DNA of 64,000 bases from assembly GCA_041665005.1 (NCBI GenBank), contig JBAYJR010000009.1:203-64202 (forward strand), read 5' to 3'. This document shows positions 45,650 to 54,493 of the stretch, piece by piece. Both the position numbers and the translations under genes were made by a program. Under the pieces are notes generated by a model, which saw only the letters and a program-made list of their open reading frames with translations, searched no databases and was not told the DNA's origin. This DNA comes from Candidatus Buchananbacteria bacterium. GTDB taxonomy: Bacteria > Patescibacteriota > Patescibacteriia > 2-01-FULL-39-33 > JBAYJR01. Each line of letters begins with the position of its first letter. The stretch's first letter is position 1.

Positions 45650-46956
45650 AAAAATTTTCTGCTTATTTATTGTTAATTTTAAATTTTAGTGCCATTATTT
45701 ATATTTGGCTGGGGCATTCAAATTTTTTACTATTTAAAGCGGGTTGGCCCGGTCAATTGATTGCTTATGGCCGACTGGCGGGTTTGTTGCTAGAATTTTT
45801 TATTTTATTAGAGTTGTTATTAATTTCCCGTTTGACTTTCATTGAACAAATTTTTGGTCACGACCGGCTTAATTTATTACATCGCCGGGTGGGTTACGGC
45901 TTGTTTAGTTTTTTAATATTGCATCCAGTGCTGTTAGTTTTTGGCTACAGCCAGGTCGTAGGAGTAAATTTTGTAGCGCAATTTTTTAATTTCCTTAACC
46001 AGTGGCCGGAAGTCTTTTCCGCTTGGCTGGCGTTGATTATTTTTATAACAGTAATTACTGTCTCTTTGCCGATAATTAAGAAAATAATTAATTATGAAAA
46101 TTGGCATTTAGTCCATTTGTTGGCTTATGTAGCAGTGGCTCTGGCTTTTAGTCACCAGCTTAAAAGTGGAGATGTTAGTTTTGGCGGAGCGCTAGTTTAC
46201 TGGTTGGCCTTAAACGTTTTGGCAGTTGGTGGTTTATTGGTCTATCGTTGGTTAAAACCTATTTATTTGTGGTGGTATCATGGATTTTTTGTGCAAAAAG
46301 TCGTTCAAGAAAATAATGAGGTGGTTTCTGTTTATCTGTCGGGAAAAAATTTAGATAAATTTAAATTTCAGGCGGGACAATTTGCTAATTTTATTTTTTT
46401 AACTAAAAAGTTATACTCGCCACATCCGTTTTCTTTTTCGCAAGGTTTTAATGGTAAAAATTTAAGAATTACGGTTAAAATTTTGGGCGATTTTACCAAG
46501 AATGTGCTACAAATACCATTAGGTACTAAAGTAATTATTGATGGTCCGTTGGGCTTGTTTACGGTTCCAGCACCTAGTGCTAAAAAATTTTTGTTTATTG
46601 CCGGCGGGATTGGGATTACGCCGATTAGGGCTTTGTTGGAGTCTTTAACCAAAACCGGAGCTGACAGTATTTTGTTTTATGGTAATCGTCAATTAAATAC
46701 CCTGGTTTTTAAAGAAGAATTAAGACAGTTTAAACAAAAAAATTATTTTATTATTTCCCACGAACAAATAGCCGAGGGGATAGATTGTCGTCGTGGTTTT
46801 ATTGATCAAGAAAAAATTATTAAATTAGCACCAGATTATTTAGAGCGCGAGGTTTATCTCTGTGGCCCAACCCCAATGATGGTAGTAGTGGTTAAAATTT
46901 TAAAGAAACTGGGCATCGCTAAAACAAAAATTCATTGGGAAAAATTTGGCTATTAA
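45646..46956 (+). CDS. Ferric-reductase-like transmembrane domain fused to FAD/NAD(P)-binding oxidoreductase domain
   Basis: 6 TM with paired His; …YSPHPFSFS… (HPFS FAD motif), …FIAGGIGITP… NAD motif; start ATGA overlaps the upstream stop. Confidence 0.8.
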   Translation: MKKFSAYLLLILNFSAIIYIWLGHSNFLLFKAGWPGQLIAYGRLAGLLLEFFILLELLLISRLTFIEQIFGHDRLNLLHRRVGYGLFSFLILHPVLLVFGYSQVVGVNFVAQFFNFLNQWPEVFSAWLALIIFITVITVSLPIIKKIINYENWHLVHLLAYVAVALAFSHQLKSGDVSFGGALVYWLALNVLAVGGLLVYRWLKPIYLWWYHGFFVQKVVQENNEVVSVYLSGKNLDKFKFQAGQFANFIFLTKKLYSPHPFSFSQGFNGKNLRITVKILGDFTKNVLQIPLGTKVIIDGPLGLFTVPAPSAKKFLFIAGGIGITPIRALLESLTKTGADSILFYGNRQLNTLVFKEELRQFKQKNYFIISHEQIAEGIDCRRGFIDQEKIIKLAPDYLEREVYLCGPTPMMVVVVKILKKLGIAKTKIHWEKFGY

Positions 46957-46971
46957 TTTTTTATAAAATCA

Positions 46972-47541
46972 ATGGAAGACAATGAATTAATTAGACAGTA
47001 TTTGGCCGGCGATGAGGCATCGTTTGATTTGTTAGTGCAAAATAATTTACGCTCGGTTTTTAATTTTGTCTATCGTTATTTAGGTAACCGGCTGGATGCG
47101 GAGGATGTGACGCAGGAAGTTTTTTTGCGGGTTTGGCGTAATTTAAAAAGGTTTTCTTTGGATAAAAAATTTAAAACCTGGGTGCTGACTATTGCTAAAA
47201 ATGCGGCCTTGGATTTTTTAAAAAAGAAAAAATTACCGCTAGCAACCTTTTTAGATGATACTGGTCAAGAAATTTCCGCCGCTGAATTACTTGTTGACCC
47301 CAAGCCTTTGCCAGATCAAATTATGGATCAAGCTGAACGCCAGCAACAGCTGGAAGCATTAATGAAATTCTTAAAACCAATTCAACGGGCGGTGTTAGTC
47401 CTGCATTATCAAGAGGGTTTAACTTTTCAAGAAATTGCCGAACTTTATGCTCAGCCACTTAACACCGTTAAAAGTTATCATTATCGAGCCTTAGTGGTTA
47501 TTAGGGAAAAATTAGCCAGTGAGTGCACCAAAATTAATTAA
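46972..47541 (+). CDS. ECF-type RNA polymerase sigma factor (sigma-70 regions 2 and 4)
   Basis: …DAEDVTQEVFLRVWRNLKRF… region 2; C-terminal …LTFQEIAELYAQPLNTVKSYHYRAL… HTH. Confidence 0.85.
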   Translation: MEDNELIRQYLAGDEASFDLLVQNNLRSVFNFVYRYLGNRLDAEDVTQEVFLRVWRNLKRFSLDKKFKTWVLTIAKNAALDFLKKKKLPLATFLDDTGQEISAAELLVDPKPLPDQIMDQAERQQQLEALMKFLKPIQRAVLVLHYQEGLTFQEIAELYAQPLNTVKSYHYRALVVIREKLASECTKIN

Positions 47542-47558
47542 TTATCGTATATATTAAT

Positions 47559-47954
47559 ATGAACCCTCAAGACTTATTTAAAAATTTAGGCCAAGTTGAG
47601 CCAACTGAGCAGTTGTTGGCTAGTGTTTTATTGACTATTAAACAAAAGAATATCAATTTGGCTAAACGGAAACTGTTGTTCCAAGGCCTGTTGTTGGCTG
47701 TTTCTGGTTTGGCGTTATTTCCGGTTAGCGGATATTTGCTTAACGAAATTAAGCAATCGGGCCTGAGCCAGTATCTGTCTTTATTATTTTCTGATTGGTC
47801 GGTTATTAGAACCTATTGGCAAGTTTTTGTTTTTTCTTTAGCCGAAACTTTGCCGCTGGTTAGTTTAACCGCTACTTTAGCTGTAGTTTTTATTTTTTTT
47901 AATGCTTTACGTCAGGCGGTGGCCGAAGCTAAAATTATTCACTTAATTAATTAA
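47559..47954 (+). CDS. Putative membrane anti-sigma factor (positional call)
   Basis: 131-aa polytopic membrane ORF immediately after the ECF sigma gene. Confidence 0.4.
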   Translation: MNPQDLFKNLGQVEPTEQLLASVLLTIKQKNINLAKRKLLFQGLLLAVSGLALFPVSGYLLNEIKQSGLSQYLSLLFSDWSVIRTYWQVFVFSLAETLPLVSLTATLAVVFIFFNALRQAVAEAKIIHLIN

Positions 47955-47964
47955 TTTAAAATAT

Positions 47965-48450
47965 ATGGATATAAGTAAAATTTTTCAAACCAAAGCTTTT
48001 AAAATGACTCTTTACACGATTGGGGTCATCGTTATTTTGTTAGTTTTTTTCCAAGCCGGTTTATTAGTCGGTTTTAAAAAGGCCGATTTTTCTTGTCGTT
48101 GGGGAGAAAACTATCAACGTAATTTTATCGGACCAGAAATGGGCATGCGTTTGCCTGGTTTAGACGGCGGTAGACCCAACCCTCATGGCACGGCGGGTCA
48201 AATAATTAAAGTGGAATTACCAAATATTATCGTGGAAGGTTTAGAGGGGTTAGAAAAAATTGTTAAAATAACGGATCAGACTAAAATTAGAAAATTTGAT
48301 AAATTAGCCACGTCAACTGATTTACAGCTCAATGATCATGTAGTGATTATTGGCGAACCTAATGAGCAAGGTCAAATTGAGGCCAAGTTAATTAGAGTTT
48401 TGCCTTTACCAGGAGATTTTTTGCCAGCTGCTCCTGAGGTCAAAAAATAA
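47965..48450 (+). CDS. Hypothetical membrane-anchored protein (161 aa)
   Basis: One N-terminal TM, extracytoplasmic domain; same operon. Confidence 0.45.
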   Translation: MDISKIFQTKAFKMTLYTIGVIVILLVFFQAGLLVGFKKADFSCRWGENYQRNFIGPEMGMRLPGLDGGRPNPHGTAGQIIKVELPNIIVEGLEGLEKIVKITDQTKIRKFDKLATSTDLQLNDHVVIIGEPNEQGQIEAKLIRVLPLPGDFLPAAPEVKK

Positions 48451-48470
48451 ATAAATACTAAAAGATTTTT

Positions 48471-50267
48471 ATGGAGAAGTTAAAAAAGTTTTACGCTTAT
48501 TTATTAAAACACAAAATTATCACTTTAATTGTGGTGGTGGCTTTAGTTGGCGGTGTTTATTATTATAAAAGTAATCAGAGCCAGGCCGTTACTAGTTATG
48601 TGTTAGCCAAAGCGGAAAAAGGCACTATTGTTACTTCAATTTCTGGCTCGGGCCAGGTGTCTGCTTCTAACCAGTTAGAGATTAAACCCAAGGTTTCTAG
48701 TGACGTAGTTTTGGTCGCCGTGAAAAAAGGTCAGGAGGTTAAAGCGGGAACTCTGTTGATTCAATTGGATTCTTCAGAAGCGGCTAAAACAGTTAGAAAT
48801 GCTCAGACTAGCTTAGAAACCGCCAAACTTGATTTGGATAAATTATTGAAACCTACTGACGAATTAACTTTATTACAAGCGGAAAATTCTTTAGCTCAAG
48901 CGCAAGAGTCAGAACAAACGGCGGAGTATAACTTGGTCAAATCTTATGATGACGGTTTTAATGCCGTTACTAATGCTTTTTTGGATTTACCGGGATTAAT
49001 GCAGGGTCTTTACAGTTTAATGTATGGTCAAGATTTGACAGTGGGTCAAGACAATATTAATTATTATTATAATTTAGTCGGTGACTTGGATTCTCGAACT
49101 GTTCAGTATTTAAATGACGCTACCACTCAGTATACTAAGGCTAAAGCTTTGTATGATAAAAATTTTACAGATTATAAGGCTACTTCGCGTACTTCCGATC
49201 AGCCGGCAATTGAAAATTTAATCAATGAGACCTACTTAACAGTTAAGAGCGTTTCTGAGGCAGTTAAGGATGTAAATAATTTTTTAGATTTTGTTAGCGA
49301 CGTCGCCACGGATTATAATAAACGAATACCTGGTTTAATGAGCACACATCAAACTAGTTTAGATAGTTATACTAGTAAAACTAATACCCATGTAGGCAAT
49401 CTTTATTCGGCTAGTCAAGCGATTGAAAATTATAAAAGTTCAATTGTTAGTGCTAAGCGTTCAGTAGTTGAGAAGGAGTTGTCATTGACGGATACTAAAG
49501 CTGCTCCCGATGAATTAGATGTTCGGGCTAAAAAAATTAGTATTCAACAGGCCCAGGACGCTTTAACCTCAGCTAATCAGACTTTATCATATTATTATAT
49601 TCGCGCGCCATTTGATGGTACTATCGCGGCGGTAAATGTAAAAAAAGGGGACACTGCTTCTAGCGGTACAGCGGTAGTTACTCTAATTACTAAACAACAA
49701 ATTGCCGAGATTTCTTTAAACGAAGTTGATGCTGCTAAAGTCAAACTTGGCCAAAAAGCCACTTTAACTTTTGATGCGGTGGAAAATTTAACCATTACTG
49801 GCCAGGTGATAGATGTCGATTCTATGGGAACGGTTAGTTCGGGAGTTGTTACTTATGATGTTAAAATAAGTTTTGATACTCAGGATGAGAGAGTTAAGCC
49901 CGGTATGACAGTTAGCACGGCAATTATTACGGAAAGCAAACAAGACGTTTTGGTGGTGCCAAGTGGTGCCGTTAAGACAAAAAACAATGTTACTTATGTA
50001 GAGGTTCTAAATCAAGGTACTACCCCGAGTGCAACTAATAGTAGTCAGGTAACTTCGACTGTGGCGCCTACTCAGAAAACTGTGGAAATTGGTTTGTCTG
50101 GTGATACTCAAACCGAAATAACCTCTGGTTTAGCGGAAGGTGATCAGGTGGTGACTAAAACCGTAACAACTTCTTCTAGTTCTTCAAAAACAACTTCTTC
50201 GTCTTCTAAATCTACTAATTCTAGTTTGTTGAATGTTGGTGGTGGCGGTCCACCGGGGGGATTTTAA
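48471..50267 (+). CDS. HlyD/MacA-family periplasmic adaptor (membrane fusion protein) with Ser/Thr-rich C-terminal tail
   Basis: N-terminal TM, long helical hairpin, lipoyl/beta-barrel …YIRAPFDGTIAAVNVKKGD…. Confidence 0.8.
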   Translation: MEKLKKFYAYLLKHKIITLIVVVALVGGVYYYKSNQSQAVTSYVLAKAEKGTIVTSISGSGQVSASNQLEIKPKVSSDVVLVAVKKGQEVKAGTLLIQLDSSEAAKTVRNAQTSLETAKLDLDKLLKPTDELTLLQAENSLAQAQESEQTAEYNLVKSYDDGFNAVTNAFLDLPGLMQGLYSLMYGQDLTVGQDNINYYYNLVGDLDSRTVQYLNDATTQYTKAKALYDKNFTDYKATSRTSDQPAIENLINETYLTVKSVSEAVKDVNNFLDFVSDVATDYNKRIPGLMSTHQTSLDSYTSKTNTHVGNLYSASQAIENYKSSIVSAKRSVVEKELSLTDTKAAPDELDVRAKKISIQQAQDALTSANQTLSYYYIRAPFDGTIAAVNVKKGDTASSGTAVVTLITKQQIAEISLNEVDAAKVKLGQKATLTFDAVENLTITGQVIDVDSMGTVSSGVVTYDVKISFDTQDERVKPGMTVSTAIITESKQDVLVVPSGAVKTKNNVTYVEVLNQGTTPSATNSSQVTSTVAPTQKTVEIGLSGDTQTEITSGLAEGDQVVTKTVTTSSSSSKTTSSSSKSTNSSLLNVGGGGPPGGF

Positions 50268-50297
50268 GACACCTCGGAGTAGGGTTTATATAAAAAT

Positions 50298-50999
50298 ATG
50301 ATTGAATTAAAAAATGTAACCAAGGTCTACAAGACTGGTTCCACCGAGTTTGAGGCGCTTAAAGGGGCAACATTTAAGATTGCTGACGGCGAATTTGTGG
50401 CGATTATGGGACCATCGGGTTCGGGCAAATCAACGTTAATGCATATTTTAGGTGCTTTAGACAAACCAACCAACGGTACTTATTTTTTGGACAACAAAGA
50501 CGTTTCAACTTTAACTGAAGATGAATTAGCTGATATTAGAAAAAATAAAATTGGTTTTGTTTTTCAAAGTTTTAATCTATTGCCGCGGGCGACGGTTTTA
50601 CGTAATGTGATGTTGCCATTAATTTATGCCAATGTTGATAAGCAGGAGAGAGTAACAAGAGCTGAAGCTTCTTTAATGGCGGCAGGATTGGATAAGGAAC
50701 ATTTTTCTCATCTATCTAATCAACTTTCTGGTGGGCAAATTCAACGAGTGGCGATTGCACGCGCTTTGGTTAACAATCCTTCACTAATTTTGGCGGATGA
50801 GCCAACAGGAAATTTGGACACCAAAACCGGTGAAATTGTTTTAGCTACTTTTCAAAAATTAAATTCTGAACAAGGCAGAACTATTATTTTAATTACCCAT
50901 GAACACGAAGTAGCAGAACATGCGGATCGCATTATTTTTATTAGAGATGGTGAAATTGTTAGTGATAGTAAAAATTCTCGTAAGCTAATAATTAAATAA
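50298..50999 (+). CDS. ABC transporter ATP-binding protein (MacB/LolD-type)
   Basis: Walker A …GPSGSGKST…, signature …[15 protein letters not shown]…, Walker B …[11 protein letters not shown]…. Confidence 0.93.
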   Translation: MIELKNVTKVYKTGSTEFEALKGATFKIADGEFVAIMGPSGSGKSTLMHILGALDKPTNGTYFLDNKDVSTLTEDELADIRKNKIGFVFQSFNLLPRATVLRNVMLPLIYANVDKQERVTRAEASLMAAGLDKEHFSHLSNQLSGGQIQRVAIARALVNNPSLILADEPTGNLDTKTGEIVLATFQKLNSEQGRTIILITHEHEVAEHADRIIFIRDGEIVSDSKNSRKLIIK

Positions 51000-51001
51000 A
51001 T

Positions 51002-52246
51002 ATGACAATTACTGATATTTTTGAAGAGACCTATTTTGCGCTTTCAGCTAACAAAGCTCGCTCCAGCTTAACGGTGCTTGGTATTGTTATTGGTATTGGG
51101 GCAGTGATTGTAATGATGGCGATTGGCACTGGCGCGACCAGCTCAATTAAATCTAATATTCAGTCTATCGGTTCAAATATGATTACCGTTTCTCCGGGAA
51201 CGCAACGCGGGGTCGGTATGATGGTTAGCGGCGGTCGGGGTTCAGCTAAGTCATTAAAACTCTCTGATGCGGAAGCAATTATTGCTCAAGTAGCTAACGT
51301 GAAGGCGGTTTCGCCGGAAGTTTCGGGACGTTATCAATTAACCGCTAAGGGTACTAACACCAATACTAGCGTAGTGGGAGTGACTGCAGCTTATGCTGAA
51401 GTAAGAAGTTTGGAAATGGACGATGGTTCTTTTATTACGGCCCAAAATAATAGCGATACTTCCAAGGTAGCGGTTTTGGGTCCAACAGTGGTAGAGGATC
51501 TTTTTGGCGAAGACTCTGACACAAGCTCCGTGATTGGTCAAATTATCCGGATTAAGAGTAACAAAACCAGTATTGATGTTAAAGTAGTTGGTGTAACCAA
51601 AGCTAAGGGTGGCACCGGTTTTGGCAGTACTGACAATCAGGTTTATGTTCCGTTAAGCACTGCGCAACGTTTTTTATCGGGTAATCAATATTTGACTGGT
51701 ATTTCAGTTTCTGCGGCTGACGCCGATTCAACAACATTAGTACAAGAAGATATTACTACTTTGTTATTATCGTTGCATAAAATTACTGACTCAACTAAAG
51801 CCGATTTTAGCACTATTAATCAAGCAGATATTGCCGAAGCTGCTTCTAGTGTTGTTAATACTTTAGCTACTTTATTGGCGGCAGTAGCGGGCATCTCTTT
51901 GGTGGTTGGTGGTATTGGAATTATGAATATGATGTTGACTACGGTTACGGAGAGAACAAAAGAAATTGGTTTACGTAAATCAATTGGCGCCAAAGGCAAG
52001 GATGTCAGCATTCAGTTTTTAGTAGAAGCAATCACGCTTACTTTTCTGGGTGGGTTTATTGGAGTAATTGGTGGCTGGTTAGTGTCTTATGGTATGACTT
52101 ATTTTAATATTACCCAGACCAAGGTATCATTGTTTTCAGTTTTGTTAGCGTTTGGTGTTTCGGCTTTTATCGGTATTGTCTTTGGTTATTATCCAGCCCG
52201 GCGGGCAGCCAAGCTTAATCCAATTGACGCACTTCGTTATGAATAA
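51002..52246 (+). CDS. ABC transporter permease, FtsX/MacB family
   Basis: N-terminal TM + large periplasmic domain + 3 C-terminal TM; …ERTKEIGLRKSIGA… FtsX motif. Confidence 0.9.
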   Translation: MTITDIFEETYFALSANKARSSLTVLGIVIGIGAVIVMMAIGTGATSSIKSNIQSIGSNMITVSPGTQRGVGMMVSGGRGSAKSLKLSDAEAIIAQVANVKAVSPEVSGRYQLTAKGTNTNTSVVGVTAAYAEVRSLEMDDGSFITAQNNSDTSKVAVLGPTVVEDLFGEDSDTSSVIGQIIRIKSNKTSIDVKVVGVTKAKGGTGFGSTDNQVYVPLSTAQRFLSGNQYLTGISVSAADADSTTLVQEDITTLLLSLHKITDSTKADFSTINQADIAEAASSVVNTLATLLAAVAGISLVVGGIGIMNMMLTTVTERTKEIGLRKSIGAKGKDVSIQFLVEAITLTFLGGFIGVIGGWLVSYGMTYFNITQTKVSLFSVLLAFGVSAFIGIVFGYYPARRAAKLNPIDALRYE

Positions 52247-52442
52247 GAATAAATTAAATCAGATAGTTGATTTTTGTTTAGTAATTCTGCTGATAATTAA
52301 TGTTGTTTCGGTTGCGTTTAGAAGCGGTAGGGAGATCCATGTAATTAGCGGCGTGATTTTTGTAATTTTTATTTTAGTACATTTATTTTTACATTGGTCA
52401 GGAATTTTTAGAATCATAAAAAATATTTTTTTAAATAAGTAA
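52239..52442 (+). CDS. Possible small 2-TM membrane protein (67 aa)
   Basis: ATG 52239 inside the track ORF 52152-52442; overlaps the permease stop; weak. Confidence 0.3.
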   Translation: MNKNKLNQIVDFCLVILLIINVVSVAFRSGREIHVISGVIFVIFILVHLFLHWSGIFRIIKNIFLNK

Positions 52443-52467
52443 TTTTATTAATTATTAAGAAAAAACT

Positions 52468-52899
52468 ATGAACAAAAAAATAATTACGATTGCGGTAGTG
52501 GTGGTAATTGTTCTGGGGGCCGGATTTTTTTATGGTGGAATGAAATACGGCCAGGACAAAAAGTTTAAATCAAATGGTTTGGAGTTTAATGGCGGCTTGC
52601 CAAATCAAAACAATTCAACCCAGGCTCGCTCTAGCACTAGAGGTAACGGAGCTGGCGGTGGCTTCGCTAGTGGTGATATTATTGCTAAAGACGATAAAAG
52701 TATAACAATTAAATTAAACAATGGAGGTTCTAAGATTATTCTTTATGCCAGCTCTACCCAGATTACCAAGGCCGCCACAGGCAGTATTGATGATTTAAAA
52801 GTCGGGGCAGGGGTAATTGTTAATGGTTCGGCTAATGCTGACGGTAGTATTACGTCGCAGTCAATTCAAATTCGTCCTGCTTTACCGGTTAGCAAATAA
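52468..52899 (+). CDS. Hypothetical secreted/anchored protein (143 aa), Gly/Asn-rich
   Basis: N-terminal TM/signal; no motif I recognise. Confidence 0.5.
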   Translation: MNKKIITIAVVVVIVLGAGFFYGGMKYGQDKKFKSNGLEFNGGLPNQNNSTQARSSTRGNGAGGGFASGDIIAKDDKSITIKLNNGGSKIILYASSTQITKAATGSIDDLKVGAGVIVNGSANADGSITSQSIQIRPALPVSK

Positions 52900-52960
52900 A
52901 TTGATGGTTTGATAGTTATTCTTTAGTTTTTAAATTAATAGTAGATATTAATTAGCAAAA

Positions 52961-52991
52961 AATCGCCAAGTTGGCGATTTTTTGCTATAAT
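52961..52991 (+). promoter_or_regulatory. Best copy of the family: perfect palindrome AATCGCCAA-g-TTGGCGATT (52961-52979) + TTTT + TGcTATAAT (52986-52991)
   Basis: 9-bp arms with 1-nt centre, i.e. more a DNA-level palindrome (operator-like) than an RNA hairpin; cupin gene ATG 37 nt downstream. Confidence 0.6.
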
Positions 52992-53028
52992 ACCTAAGTA
53001 AGATTTAATTATTAAATTATTAAAATTT

Positions 53029-53424
53029 ATGAAAGGCTATGTGATTAATCTAGAACAGGCGACTTTAGAAAATAATAATTTTCGCCAAGTGCTTTATACG
53101 GCTAAAAATAGCCAATTGGTGTTGATGAGTTTGGCGCCCCTTGAAGATATTGGCGCCGAAGTCCACACCTTAGATCAATTTATCAGAATTGAGCAAGGCG
53201 CCGGCAAAGCTATCTTAGATGGCGTAGAACATGAATTAGCCGATGGTTCGGCGATTGTAATTCCGGCGGGAACCAATCACAATATCGTCAATACCTCAGC
53301 GGATCAGCCTCTAAAGTTGTATACGGTTTATTCGCCACCAGAACATCAAGATGGGGTGGTTCGTAAAACAAAAGCAGAAGCTTTGGCTAGTGAAGAGCAT
53401 TTTGACGGTCAAACCTCTGAATAG
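53029..53424 (+). CDS. Cupin-domain protein
   Basis: …GAEVHTLDQFIRIEQGAGKAILDG…H…GSAIVIPAGTNHNIVN… cupin motifs 1 and 2. Confidence 0.75.
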   Translation: MKGYVINLEQATLENNNFRQVLYTAKNSQLVLMSLAPLEDIGAEVHTLDQFIRIEQGAGKAILDGVEHELADGSAIVIPAGTNHNIVNTSADQPLKLYTVYSPPEHQDGVVRKTKAEALASEEHFDGQTSE

Positions 53425-53540
53425 GATTTAGTAAAAAGTAATTTTAATTTTTAATTTATAATTTTATGGGTGGAAACAGTGCAAAAATGGCACAAAAAAA
53501 GATGGCCGCACGGCGGGCTAAAAAGAAAAAGCAATAAAAT

Positions 53541-53580
53541 TTAAAAAATAAACTCCATTAAACTGGAGTTTATTTTTTAA
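53541..53580. terminator. Bidirectional intrinsic terminator: up to 17-bp AT-rich stem (…AAATAAACTCCA / TGGAGTTTATTT…) with loop TTAAAC
   Basis: Lies between convergent genes 53029-53424(+) and 53570-54370(-). Confidence 0.65.
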
Positions 53581-54370
53581 ATAGGCGAATCGGCCCTAAA
53601 ATAATAATGGTTAATAACCAGTGGAGAGTGGAGATTAATAAAGAGTATAGTAGAAAAGAAAAAACTAAAGCTAAATATTTAGTTAAACTGGCAATCGCCG
53701 GAGAAAAGTCGTAATTTAAACCTAAAGTAAAAATATTAATAATTAATAAAATAAATAAAATTAAAGCCAGGCCACGCCACATTCCTTGGCGGTCTTGTTG
53801 GCTGGGAGCCAAATGTGAGGCGACACAAAAAGATAAATATAAAAAAAACCAAAAACTTGGTTGTTGAAAATTTATAGTTTGGCCAAATAATTTAATTAGT
53901 TCAATAAGTCTTGGTCCTAAAATTTGCCAATCAAAGCTAGTTGATTTTAATAAGGCTAAAATTTGTGGCCCATTAGGTATTAGCCAGTAAAGTAGTAGAC
54001 ATAAAACGGTGGTACCACTTAAAATTGGACCAACCGCAATAAAAAAATTGCCAATTTTTTGGTAAAGATTGTCGTCGTTATGAGAATGGCTTAATTGACC
54101 TAATTCGCCAGTCCGTCTATTTGGTCTAAATAAATTTAACTGATTAATTTGATGGCCAAAAATTAAAGCAAAAATTAGATGGCCTAATTCGTGCACGGGA
54201 GTGCCTAGCCAGCCAGTCCATAATACTCCTGACCAACCAACGGTACGGTGATAGTTGGTTAAAATTTTTTGTTGCAAATAAGATAGGCTAAAAATCAAGA
54301 CAAAAAAGACCCCAAATAAACTAAGTATCTGGGAAGCAAAAGTAATTAGTAGTTTAGTAATAAATTCCAT
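53570..54370 (-). CDS. Polytopic membrane protein with HELGH zinc-metalloprotease motif (M50/S2P-like or related zincin)
   Basis: …WLGTPVHELGHLIFALIFG… inside a TM helix; 266 aa, 6 or more TM. Confidence 0.6.
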   Translation of the reverse strand: MEFITKLLITFASQILSLFGVFFVLIFSLSYLQQKILTNYHRTVGWSGVLWTGWLGTPVHELGHLIFALIFGHQINQLNLFRPNRRTGELGQLSHSHNDDNLYQKIGNFFIAVGPILSGTTVLCLLLYWLIPNGPQILALLKSTSFDWQILGPRLIELIKLFGQTINFQQPSFWFFLYLSFCVASHLAPSQQDRQGMWRGLALILFILLIINIFTLGLNYDFSPAIASLTKYLALVFSFLLYSLLISTLHWLLTIIILGPIRLFKK

Positions 54371-54493
54371 TAGTAGTAATTATACTATAAATTTATGGAG
54401 TTGATAATAATTACTTAAAGTTTAAATTTGAGTCACTAGCCAAAAAATGTTAAACTAGTAGTAGTTTAATTAGTAATTAATTGTTGGCATCTT

